Below, one piece after another: positions 36,001 to 47,596 of a stretch of 64,000 bases of DNA. Below the pieces are notes generated by a model. It was given only the letters and a program-made list of their open reading frames with translations, searched no databases and had not been told where the DNA came from. Positions within the stretch are counted from its first letter, which is position 1; every line of letters starts with the position of its first letter. This DNA comes from Octopus sinensis (lineage: Eukaryota): assembly GCF_006345805.1 (NCBI RefSeq), contig NC_043024.1, forward strand, positions 16,554,001-16,618,000, given 5' to 3'. A program made the position numbers and the translations under genes.

Positions 36001-38460
36001 CGCATCACCAGTGCATTTATGTGGCACCAACAACATTGCTTTTTATGTGACACCATCATCAGTGCCTTTTATGTGGCACCATCACAAGTGCCTCTTTACA
36101 TGGCGCCATCACCAGTGCATTTTATGTGGCACCAACACCAGTGCTTTTTATGTGACACCATCACCAGTGCCTTTTTATGTGACACCATCATCAGTGCCTT
36201 TTTATGTGGCACCATCACAAGTGCCTCTTTACATGGTGCCATCACCTGTGCATTTTATGTGGCACCAACACCATTGCTTTTTATGTGACACCATCACCAG
36301 TGCCTTTTTATGTGACACCATCACAAGTGCCTCTTTACATGGCGCCATCACCAGTGCATTTTATGTGGCACCAACACCATTGCTTTTTATGTGACACCAT
36401 CACCAGTGCCTTTTTATGTGACACCATCACAAGTGCCTCTTTACATGGTGCCATCACCAGTGCATTTTATGTGTCACCAACACCATTGCTTTTTATGTGA
36501 CACCATCACCAGTGCCTTTTTATGTGACACCATCACAAGTGCCTCTTTACATGGCGCCATCACCAGTGCATTTTATGTGGCACCAACACCATTGCTTTTT
36601 ATGTGACACCATCACCAGTGCCTTTTTATGTGACACCATCACAAGTGCCTCTTTACATGGCGCCATCACCAGTGCATTTTATGTGGCACCAACACCATTG
36701 CTTTTTATGTGACACCATCATCAGTGCCTTTTTATGTGGCACCATCACAAGTGCCTCTTTACATGGCGCCATCACCAGTGCATTTTATGTGGCACCAACA
36801 CCATTGCTTTTTATGTGACACCATCACCAGTGCCTTTTTATGTGACACCATCACAAGTGCCTCTTTACATGGCGCCATCACCAGTGCATTTTATGTGGCA
36901 CCAACACCATTGCTTTTTATGTGACACCATCACCAGTGCCTTTTTATGTGACACCATCATCAGTGCCTTTTTATGTGACACCATCACAAGTGCCTCTTTA
37001 CATGGCGCCATCACCAGTGCATTTTATGTGGCACCAACACCATTGCTTTTTATGTGACACCATCACCAGTGCCTTTTATATGTGACACCATCATCAGTGC
37101 CTTTTATGTGACCATCACAAGTGCCTCTTTACATGGCCCTCACCAGTGCATTTTATGTGGCACCAACACCATTGCTTTTTATGTGACACCATCATCAGTG
37201 CCTTTTTATGTGGCACCATCACAAGTGCCTCTTTACATGGCGCCATCACCAGTGCATTTTATGTGGCACCAACACCATTGCTTTTATGTGACACCATCAT
37301 CAGTGCCTTTTTATGTGACACCATCACAAGTGCTTTTTATGTGACCCATCACAAGTGCCTCTTTACATGGCGCCATCACCAGTGTGATTTTATGTGGCAC
37401 CAACACCATTGCTTTTTATGTGACACCATCATCAGTGCCTTTTTATGTGACACCATCATCAGTGCCTTTTATGTGACACCATCACAAGTGCCTCTTTACA
37501 TGGCGCCATCACCAGTGCATTTTATGTGGCACAAAACACATTGCTTTTTATGTGACACCATCACCAGTGCCTTTTTATGTGACACCATCATCAGTGCCTT
37601 TTTATGTGACACCATCACAAGTGCCTCTTTACATGGCGCCATCACCAGTGCATTTTATGTGGCACCAACACCATTGCTTTTTATGTGACACCATCACCAG
37701 TGCCTTTTTAGTGACACCATCACAAGTGCCTCTTTACATGGCGCCATCACCAGTGCATTTTATGTGGCACCAACACCATTGCTTTTTATGTGACACCATC
37801 ACCAGTGCCTTTTTATGTGACACCATCATCAGTGCCTTTTTATGTGGCACCATCACAAGTGCCTCTTTACATGGCGCCATCACCAGTGCATTTTATGTGG
37901 CACCAACACCATTGCTTTTTATGTGACACCATCACCCATGCCTTTTTATGTGACACCATCACAAGTGCCTCTTTACATGGCGCCATCACCAGTGCATTTT
38001 ATGTGGCACCAACACCATTGCTTTTTATGTGACACCATCACCCATGCCTTTTTATGTGGCACCATCACAAGTGCCTATTTACATGGCGCCATCACCAGTG
38101 CAATTTATGTGGCACCAACACCATTGCTTTTTATGTGACACCAACACCAGTGCTTTTTATGTGACACCATCACCAGTGCCTTTTTATGTGGCACCATCAC
38201 AAGTGCCTCTTTACATGGTGCCATCACCTGTGCATTTTATGTGGCACCAACACCATTGCTTTTTATGTGACACCATCACCAGTGCCTTTTTATGTGGCAC
38301 CATCACAAGTGCCTCTTTACATGGTGCCATCACCTGTGCATTTTATGTGGCACCAACACCATTGCTTTTTATGTGACACCATCACCAGTGCCTTTTTATG
38401 TGGCACCATCATCAGTGCCTTTTTATGTGGCACCATCACAAGTGCCTCTTTACATGGTGT
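30002..38460. repeat. tandem satellite, 106-bp higher-order unit of four 26-27 bp monomers, about 80 units
   Basis: Unit = GCTTTTTATGTGACACCATCACCAGT + GCCTTTTTATGTGGCACCATCACAAGT + GCCTCTTTACATGGYGCCATCACCAGT + GCATTTTATGTGGCACCAACACCATT (26+27+27+26); 106-nt offsets are visible in the ORF track. Confidence 0.98.
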
Positions 38461-38622
38461 CTTTGATTCCTATAATATACTTTCCACGTGGTTTGTGTAT
38501 TTGTTGTCTTATGTTTAATGCCTGATGTATTTGCAGCATTATTCTATGCCTTGATCTGCCAGTTCATTAATATTTCACTTATAATTCATGTCTCTTTTTC
38601 TTCTGCGGATTTCTTTATCCAG

Positions 38623-38712
38623 TGCTTTGCTTGTGGAGGAGAATCTAAACGTTCCATGGAGAGGGATTTTACCACTGATATGTTATATTCTGTGGACACT
38701 CACTGTCTCTAT
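38623..38712 (+). CDS. candidate 90-bp internal exon of an unidentified gene
   Basis: Pyrimidine tract plus TTTATCCAG acceptor, GTAAGT donor, length divisible by 3, unique sequence; open as CFACGGESKRSMERDFTTDMLYSVDTHCLY or ALLVEENLNVPWRGILPLICYILWTLTVS. Confidence 0.35.
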
Positions 38713-39194
38713 GTAAGTACATGCATTATCTATGTTTTTATTGTTTTCTAACTGAATATTTTACCCCTGAAAATGGAGTCATTGTATTGCTATGAGTTCA
38801 GGTCTTCCTTTGATTTCTCAACAATTTACCCTGGATATATGGATGATATACTTGTCATAAAGGATTCACTGAAAGACATTAACAAACAAGAAAATCATTA
38901 ACAGCACACTCCTCTGTCAGTAACCACTATATCAGCTGGTTGTCACAATGAAGTAATCATACAAACCGCTGGAAACAGTAGCCAAATCAACCTCTCATCT
39001 TAATAGCAATAACATATTGGGCAATGTAGACCAAAGGAGATTATAATTAAAAAAAAAAAGAAAACAAAAAAGTACAGATATGATGGTCGTGGTTGAAATG
39101 TTTCTGATCAAAGCAGGCCAAGGGCTAAACTACAACAACAACAATAGGAACAACTTGACAGGAATAACACACTTGTGTCAACACCAATAAAAAT

Positions 39195-39518
39195 CACATC
39201 ACCATCATTTAACATCCGTTTTTCCATGCTGGCATGGGTTGGACAGCTTGACAGAAGCTGGCAAGGCCAAGCATCACACCAGGTTCCATAGCTTTTTTTG
39301 GCTTGGTTTCTATGGCCTGGTGCCCTTCCTAATACTGACCACTTCACAGAGTGTATTGGGTGATTTTCACATGTCACTGGCATGGGTGCCTTTCACATGT
39401 CACTCGTGTGGCTCCCTTTTACATATCACCGGTATGAATGCCTTTATGTGTTATTAACATGGGTAATTCTTATGTGTCGCTGGCATGGGTGCCTTTTATG
39501 TGTCACCAGCATGGGCGC
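39195..39518 (-). mobile_element. RTE 3'-end fragment with a short diverged 26-27 bp tandem array
   Basis: CATCATTTAACATCCGTTTTTCCATGCTGGCATGGG end, then about six units like GTGCCTTTTATGTGTCACCAGCATGG. Confidence 0.75.
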
Positions 39519-40371
39519 AGATAAGGGAGTTTCTGCATGTTTGCATGATTCGTTAAAAACAACAGCCGAACCTTCCTCAAATAACACCCAACTGTCATCT
39601 TAAAATTGAAATAGCACAGTGTGCATCACAGACGTAGCAAATATATGTTCACAGTTCAGCTGTTTAAGCTTATATCAGTTTGTACACCTGTTTTCTGCAA
39701 GTGGTCACATGACCTGGTCATACATCGATCTCGCCTTTCTGGCTCTCATCCGATCATGTGACAGACCAGCTGAGCCTGGGAAATTTATGTCTCTCTACTG
39801 GGAGCCTACCTTCAGCTACATAAGGAAACCTTTCCTGCTATTTCCTCCGTGAGGCGAGCTGCACTGTTAAGATCTTTGGCAAAGAGCAAATTTATTTTCA
39901 CAGGTATCCTTTGACATTAGGTTTGTTCCTGTCTTCCAGCAGAAGTTATGTCTCATATGTTTTTTCTGGTTTTACACTGCATACATCATGAACCAATTGC
40001 ATTAGAAACCATTGTACATTTGACGACAGTATATTTCAAGACGTACCTTGACAGCTTTGCCGTGTTAATGCTCTTTAATGGGTTGAGTAAATTGTCGCAT
40101 TTTATCCTTCTGGTTTTCTGTTTCTTCATTTATCTACACACACACACACACACACACACGTGTATATTGGAACTGAAACCAGCTTTATCCCTCTATGCAA
40201 CTTCAACCATTAAATAGTCATGGACATGCAAAAATGTTGGAGCTTCTTTGATCAACCCTTTTTTGGTCAATCTAGAATTGGGGCTTAACAACAACAACAA
40301 CAACAACAGTATCAGTAACAAGACAAACCTGTCACTAACAGACATTCTAGTTACACACTAATATACATACC

Positions 40372-40607
40372 TATTTCTTTATTACCCACAAGGGGCTAAA
40401 CATAGAGGGGACAAACATGGACAGACATAGGTATTAAGTCAATTATATCGACCCCAGTGCGGAACTGGTACTTAATTTATCGACCCCGAAAAGAATGAAA
40501 GGCAAAGTCAACCTCGGCGGAATTTGAACTTACAACGTAACGGCAGCCGAAATACTCCTAAGCATTTCGCCCGACGTGCTATCGATTCTGCCAGCTCGCC
40601 GCCTTAT
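40372..40607 (-). mobile_element. SINE family B (tail type 1) with 14-bp TSD
   Basis: TSD CTAATATACATACC at 40358-40371 and 40608-40621. Confidence 0.92.
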
Positions 40608-40761
40608 CTAATATACATACCAGTTACAACAACAGATACACACCTGTCACAATACAAATACACACTTATCACAGTAACAGACATATCTGCCACAGCAATA
40701 TATATACACACACACCTGTCTCAGTAATATACACATTCCTGTCACAACAATATACATGTCT

Positions 40762-40982
40762 AAGGCAGTGAACTGGCAGAAATGTTAGCACGCCAGGTGA
40801 AATACTTAGCGGTATTTTGTCTGTCTTTATGTGCTGAATTCAAATTCCGCTGAGGTCGACTTTGCCTTTCATCCTTTCAGGGTTGATAAATTAAGTACCA
40901 GTTGCTTACTGGGGTCGATCTAATCTACTGTCTCCCCCCTCCCCCAAAATTTTGTGCCTTGTGCCTAAAGTGGAAAAGGATA
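40762..40982 (+). mobile_element. SINE family B (tail type 2)
   Basis: Same head and core as other B copies; tail CCCCCTCCCCCAAAATTTTGTGCCTTGTGCCTAAAGTGGAAAAGG. Confidence 0.88.
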
Positions 40983-43469
40983 ATATACATACCCGTTAGA
41001 ACAACAGATACACACCTATCACAGCAACAGACACATCTGTCACAACAATACACACACAGACCTGTCATAATAATATACACATTCTTGTCACAGCAATATA
41101 CATACCTGTCAAAATACACACACCTATCACAGCAGACACACTTGTGACAACCAGCTACATCCTGTCACAACAACAGATATTCTTGTCACAATAATATACA
41201 TACTAGTCACAACACTCATACAAATACATCTGTCACAATACACACACACACACACACTCTTGTCACAGCAACAAATACACCTGTCACATATCTGTCACAG
41301 TTATATAAACTTGTTTTTTATGCTGAGGTCGACTGTGCCTTTCACACTTTCGAGGCTGATGAAATAAGTACCAGTTATGCATTGGGGTTGATATAATTGA
41401 CAATCCCCTCCCCAAATTTTCAGGCCTTCTACCTACAGTAGAAACAAGTATATACACCTGTTTTAAAAACATTCACACCTGTCATAATTACAACAAAAGG
41501 TACAGCTGTCACAACAAGGACATGAGTCACGATACACATGCATACACCTCACAACAGCCCAACACCTTATAGAATCACAATTGCAAAGTGTCTTAATGAA
41601 TAACAAGGGTCATGTGCATTTAATAAAATTGCATTTGGTGCTGGGAAACAACCGTCACAACAACAACAACAACAATATATGCCTGAGCCAGAAACAAGAG
41701 CAATGCATGCTTGTTGCAGTGACTGCATTTGCTGTCACAAGAACATTGTCACAACAAAGGCACATAACTGTACGTGCAACAACGCTAAGCAACTATTATA
41801 ACCACACATGCACAGAAGTGTGTGTGTGTGTGTGTGCGCGTGCACGTGTCTGTTTCAGTTACAACATCAGCCAATTGTTACACCACCACCACCAACACAC
41901 AACACTATAGTGATACACACTTGTCATAGTGATACCATTTATTGTCAGTGACAGTCACAGTAGCAGCAACAACAACAACAACATAGCAACTGTTGCTACA
42001 ACAACACACACATCCCCGTCTGTAACAACATCAATTACAACAACAACAACAGCTACACATTGCTGCTGTCAGTAACAATATCAGCTGATTGTCTGAATGA
42101 TGTAGCTGCTTGACTTGCTAGAAATAGAAGTTAAACCTCCATTGCTGTCTGAGAGAAAATAAAAAAGAAAATAGAATATAAATGTAATAATCCTGTACAT
42201 GCTGTGTTTGAGAAAATATAGGATGGTTATGGATGGATTGTCTTTGATCATGCTTCTGTTCAAGCAGTGTTGCCTGTACATGGAACCATCTCAACACCCT
42301 ACCTGTCACTGCAACAGCTGATGAGTAAACCACTATGTGAGCTCTTGATCTATTAGAAATAATAGTTAAATTTTCCTCAGATCACACTCTGATAGCTTTC
42401 ATAAGGGAAGGAGACCTTGGAGAAAGTAGGCCTATGCATACAAAATGACAGGATGGTCATGGCTGGAATTTCTTTTCTCATGGGTCTGTTCAAGCAAATT
42501 TGCCTGGGGTTAAACAGCAGCAGCAACATCAACAACAACAATGGCTGAGCTGGCCGCAGCAGAGCCTGGAGGACTGCTATAGGTTGAGGTGATGGTGTTC
42601 AGGTGTTTGGCTACGGTGGTGACCAGAATGGGGTGCGAAGAGGGTGATGGGTGGAGATTTGTTGCATTTTCTATGGTAGACACACCTGTGACATCATCCT
42701 TATGACATCATACCTTGCCTCTCTCTCTATACCCACACACACGCACACACACACACACATACGCACACACATATATATATGTATGTATCACTCTTTCTCT
42801 TTCATTTGAAATACATATAAACTCATGCACACGTACACACACACGCACACACACACCACATGCAAGTTGATAATGATATACTCTCATAATTTATATGAAT
42901 ATATTATGTGTATAAACCATTGCCATTATCATCATCATCATCATTTTTATGGTCGCTTTTCCACACAGCCATGGGTTGGAGAGGACTTTCTGAGGTAATT
43001 TTATGGATGGATGCCCTTTCTGATGTCAACCATTTTAGTTCCCCTTACAACATACCGGAATATGACGTACGTATTCTAAGAACTGAGATATGTACAGAAG
43101 TACCGTAATATACGTATGTGTGTGCGTGCGTGTATTTGTGTAGATACATATATATTCTTATGTGTGCATATATATGTATGTATGTATATATATGTATGTA
43201 TGAATAAATATGTATATGTGTGTATGTATGTGTGTGTGTATGCATATAAATATATTCTTATGTGTATATATATAATATATATGTATATACATATGTATAT
43301 ATATATATGTATGTATGAATATATGTGCATGTGTGTGTATATATTTATGTGTATGTGTCTGAAATGGGTACAATGAACTTGCCATGTATGTATATATGTT
43401 TGTATATATGTATGCATATATGCATGTATGTATGTATGTATGTACATACGTATAAATGTTAAAGTGAAT

Positions 43470-43540
<71 letters not shown>

Positions 43541-43837
43541 TAGCCATATATTTAGTGTGTGTGTGTGTGTTTGCATGTGTGTTGTATTTAGGTAAATTCT
43601 TTTTTCAATTGAGAGGTTTGCAAACATCACTGATCACGTGTCTGATTTCTGATGTTTTAGACATGGTCTATAGAAGAGAATGGGAGGATGCGAGCAGGCA
43701 GAACTGTTAGCTCATCACACAAAATGCTTAGCGGTGTTTCTTCTGTCTCTTAACTGAGTTCAATTCCTGCCAAAGTCAACCCTGCTTTTCATCCCTTCAG
43801 GTTCAGTAAAATAAGATGCAATAGACTTGGTCCCTCT

Positions 43838-44245
43838 CTTTTACTCTTTTAATTGTTTCAGTCATTTGACTGTGGCCATGCTGGAGCACTATCTTTAGTC
43901 AAACAAATCGAACCCAGGACTTATTCTTTGTAAGCCTAGTACTTATACTATTAGTCTCTTTTGCCGAACTGCTAAGTTACAGGTATGTAAACATACCAGC
44001 ATCGGTTGTCAAGTGTTGTGGGGGACAAACACAGACACACAAATGTATACACACACACATACATATATATATATAAATATATATGTCAGACTTCTTTCAG
44101 ATTCCGTCTACCAAATCCACTCACAAGGCTTTGGTCGGCCTGAGGTTAAAGTAGAAGACACTTGCCCAAGGTGCCATGCAGTGGGACTGAACCCAGAACC
44201 ATGTGGTTGTTAGCAAGCTACTTACCACACAGCCACTCCTATGCT
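43838..44245 (-). mobile_element. SINE family A
   Basis: Full-length reverse copy. Confidence 0.9.
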
Positions 44246-44771
44246 TCTCCTCATAAATTGCTAACCTTGAATCCTGCAACGAACAGCATCCTGTTTGGGA
44301 TGTGTTTTGTTAAACCTGCTCATATTATAATAAAGAAATTTATTCAATAAAGAAATTTATTACATGTGATGGAAACCAGGTAAAAATGCCTTGAGTCCTA
44401 AGATTTGAGAAATAAATGCAATGTATGATAAAATGATATGAAAGGTCAGTTATTGATACACACACACACAACACACACACACACACACACACACTCACAC
44501 ACATTCTCATATCCTCCTCCACACACACACATTGTTAGTCTTTACATCTACATCCATTTTTCCTTGTCTTCTGGGAAAAACATGTCTAGCTATGCAAAAA
44601 TATTATGTTGCTTGGAAACAGGTGCAGGTTGGTGACACCTGTTTTCAAGGGTCCCCACAGAAAGTTACTTATGAGTAGAATAATCTACCTCAACATATTC
44701 TGTCTGATCCCTGCAAACATAGAAAATTGAATATTAAAACATGAGGATGATTTATATGTAGTACATATATA

Positions 44772-45337
44772 CTCTTTTCTACATTAGGCATAAGGCTCGA
44801 AATTTTTGGGGAGGGGCCAGTCGATTAGATTGTCTTCAGTATGCAACTGGTACTTAATTTATTGACTTCGAAAGAATAAAAGGCCAAGTCGACCTTGGTG
44901 GAATTTGAACTCAGAACATAAAGACAGACGAAATACTGTTAAGCATTTTGCCCGACATGCTAACGATTCTGCCAGCTCGCCACCTTCAAATGAATTATTC
45001 TTATTTCTTTATTGCCCACAAGGGACTAAACATAGAGGGGACAAACAAGGACAAACAGATTAAGTCAATTATATCAACCCCAGTGCATAACTGGTACTTA
45101 TTTAATTGACCCTGAAAGAATGAAAGGCAAAGTCGACCTCGGTGGAATTTGAATTCAGAATGTAGCGGCAGACAAAATACCACTAAGCATTTCGTGGATT
45201 AGATCCACCCCAGTACACAAATGGTACTTAACTTATCAACCCTGAAAGGATGAATTTGAACTCAAAATGTAAAGACAGACGAAATACCACTAAGCATTTC
45301 ATCTGGCGTGCTAACGATTCTGCCAGCTCACCACCTT
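44772..45337 (-). mobile_element. cluster of three SINE B copies (tail type 2, tail type 1, partial)
   Basis: Three repeats of GAATTTGAA[C/T]TCA[G/A]AA...AAGCATTT at about 44900, 45145 and 45252. Confidence 0.85.
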
Positions 45338-45351
45338 GTAGTATATATATA

Positions 45352-45672
45352 CTGGCACTCTGTCGCTTACGATGACAAAGGTTCCAGTTGATCCGGTCAA
45401 CAGAACAGCTTGCTCCGTGAGATTAATGTGCCAGTGGCTGAGCACTCCACAGACACGCATACTTCTTAACATTCTTCTCAGGGGGATTCAGCATGACACA
45501 GAGTGTGACAAAGCTGGCCCTTTGAAATACAGGTACTACTCATTTTTGCCAGATGAGTGGAGCAATGTGAAATAAAGTGTCTTGCTCAAGGACATAATGT
45601 GTTGCTGGGAATAGAACTTGTTACTCTATGATTGTGAGCTGAATACCCTAACCATTAGTTCACACCTCTTCG
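45352..45672 (-). mobile_element. tRNA-derived SINE, family E
   Basis: Reverse strand has a tRNA-like head and CORE-like GTCCTTGAGCAAGACACTTTATTTCAC; body fragments recur near 22150, 25440 and 59790. Confidence 0.75.
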
Positions 45673-45709
45673 TGATATATGGAGTACATATATTATGTAT
45701 ATATGCATG

Positions 45710-46000
45710 TGAAGGCTCAGTGGTTAGAGCATCGAACTTACGATCGTGAGGTTGTGAGTTCGAATCCCTGACCAGGCTGAGTGTTGTGTTCTTGAGCAAG
45801 ACTTTATTTCACATTGCTTCAGTTCACTCAGCTGTAGAAATGAGGTGCAAAGCTGTATCGGCCCTTTTGCCTTTCCCTTGGATAACATCGGTGGGGTGGA
45901 AAGGGGAGGCTGTTCCATAAACAACCTTGCCTGGACTTGTGCCTGGGAGGGTAACTTTTTAGGTGCAATCCCATGGTCAGTCATGACCGAAGAGGGTCTC
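45710..46000 (+). mobile_element. SINE family C
   Basis: GGCTCAGTGGTTAGAGC A box, GAGTTCGAATCC B box. Confidence 0.88.
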
Positions 46001-46099
46001 AGCAATGCATGTATTTTATAAATTTGTCCTGTTCCTGGTGGTGGTCATCTTTTAATGCTTGTTCTCCATGCTGGCATCGACTGGACATTATATAGAGTA

Positions 46100-46506
46100 T
46101 TCTTTTATTCTCTTACTTGTTTCAGTCATTTGACTGTGGCCATGCTGGAGCACTGCCTTTAGTCAAACAAATTGACCCCAAGACTTATTCTTTGTAAGCC
46201 TAGTACTTATTCTATTGGTCTCTTTTGCCAAACTGCTAAGTTACGGGTGTGTAAATACACCAACATCGGTTGTTAAGCGATGATGAGTGGGGGGGGGGAC
46301 AAAAACAGACACACAAATACATACACATATATATACATATATTTGATGGGCTTCTCTCAGTTTCCAGCTACCAAATCTATTCACAAGGCTTTGGTTAGCC
46401 CAAGGCTATAATATATGTCTCTTGCTCAAGATGTCACGTAGTGGGGCTGAACCCAGAACCATGTGATTGGTAAGTAGGCTTTTTACCACACTGCCACTCC
46501 TACACC
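46100..46506 (-). mobile_element. SINE family A
   Basis: Full-length reverse copy. Confidence 0.88.
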
Positions 46507-46617
46507 TATATGCAGTGGCAGATCTACCATAAAACTAATGAAGCTAAAGCTTCAGGGCCCCTTATCCTGGAGAGGCCCCTCTGAAGCGACTTAATTTTTT
46601 CATTCTTTTTACTTTCT

Positions 46618-46825
46618 TTTTTTACTCTATTTACTTGTTTCAGTCATTTGACTGCGGCCATGCTGGAGCACCGCCTTTAGTCAAGCAAATCAACCCCAGG
46701 ACTTACTCTTTGTAGGCCTAGTACTTATTCTACCGGTCTCTTTTGCCAAACCGCTGAGTAACGGGGACGTAAACACACCAGCATCGGTTGTCAAGTGATG
46801 TTGGGGGGACAAATGAAGACACACA

Positions 46826-46867
<42 letters not shown>

Positions 46868-47027
46868 CACGACAGGCTTCTTTCAGTTTCCGTCTACCAA
46901 ATCCACTCACAAGGCTTTGGTCGGCCCGAGGCTATAGTAGAAGACACTTGCCCAAGGTGCCATGCAGTGTGACTGAACCCGGAACCATGTGGTTCGTAAG
47001 CAAGTTTCTTACCACACAGCCACTCCT
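46618..47027 (-). mobile_element. SINE family A nested in the hAT 5' region
   Basis: Near-consensus reverse copy. Confidence 0.92.
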
Positions 47028-47596
47028 AGTAAATTTTTTTGACTTTGTGTTTTGCCATGCAGTATCGCTGTTTCCAGCCCTAGAGCAAAATGTCATTTTA
47101 TTCTCCTACGTAGAGTCTAGACACATAGTGTCTAGCCATGTGTTGTTCACCTGCTCTTTCTACCAGTGTGGAATAGCATGAAAAATAAAAGTACAAATGA
47201 CTTGCAGATAATTCACTTTACTTGAATTATTTTGGAAACTTCGGCCCTGCCCCTCCCATTGTCAAATATGTCTACTACTACATCAACATGGTAGAGATAA
47301 GAATTCTTATTTTCACACCATTATTTAATGACCAATGAAAGGGCTTGCCTCCTAATTTTATGAATAATTATTCATTTATGACTATAAATTAAGTTGTGGA
47401 CCCTTATCTTGATCAATCTCTGTCTCACTGTGGCTAATGAAAGGATTACCCCAACTTTTTTTTCACATGGGTCTAGAACCCTAGAGGAATAGCAATGTCT
47501 TTAATTAAGTACTAAAGCTGATCCCAGAAACACCAACTCAAGGAAAAGCAATCTAACGAAATTTCTAAATGTCAAAAACTATCAAACTATTTTACA

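Larger units (their letters stand above)
40325..42075. repeat. old degenerate ~22-24 bp minisatellite (ACACACCTGTCACAACAAT-like)
   Basis: More than 20 recurrences of CTGTCACA-like cores, interrupted by three SINE B copies. Confidence 0.75.

Noticed and set aside
30002-38460. Dozens of His/Cys-rich ORFs (MWHHHKCLFTW...) suggesting a repetitive metal-binding protein
   Set aside because: The 106-bp unit is not a multiple of 3, so frames rotate and hit TGA regularly; the longer ORFs arise only where indels skip stops
30002-38460. CRISPR-like array
   Set aside because: No unique spacers, no cas genes, eukaryotic TE context; it is a pure tandem repeat
39724-39757. Resemblance to the U2 snRNA 5' end (ATCGATCTCGCCTTTCTGGCT)
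   Set aside because: Similarity is short and gapped, and the branch-point pairing sequence GTGTAGTA is absent
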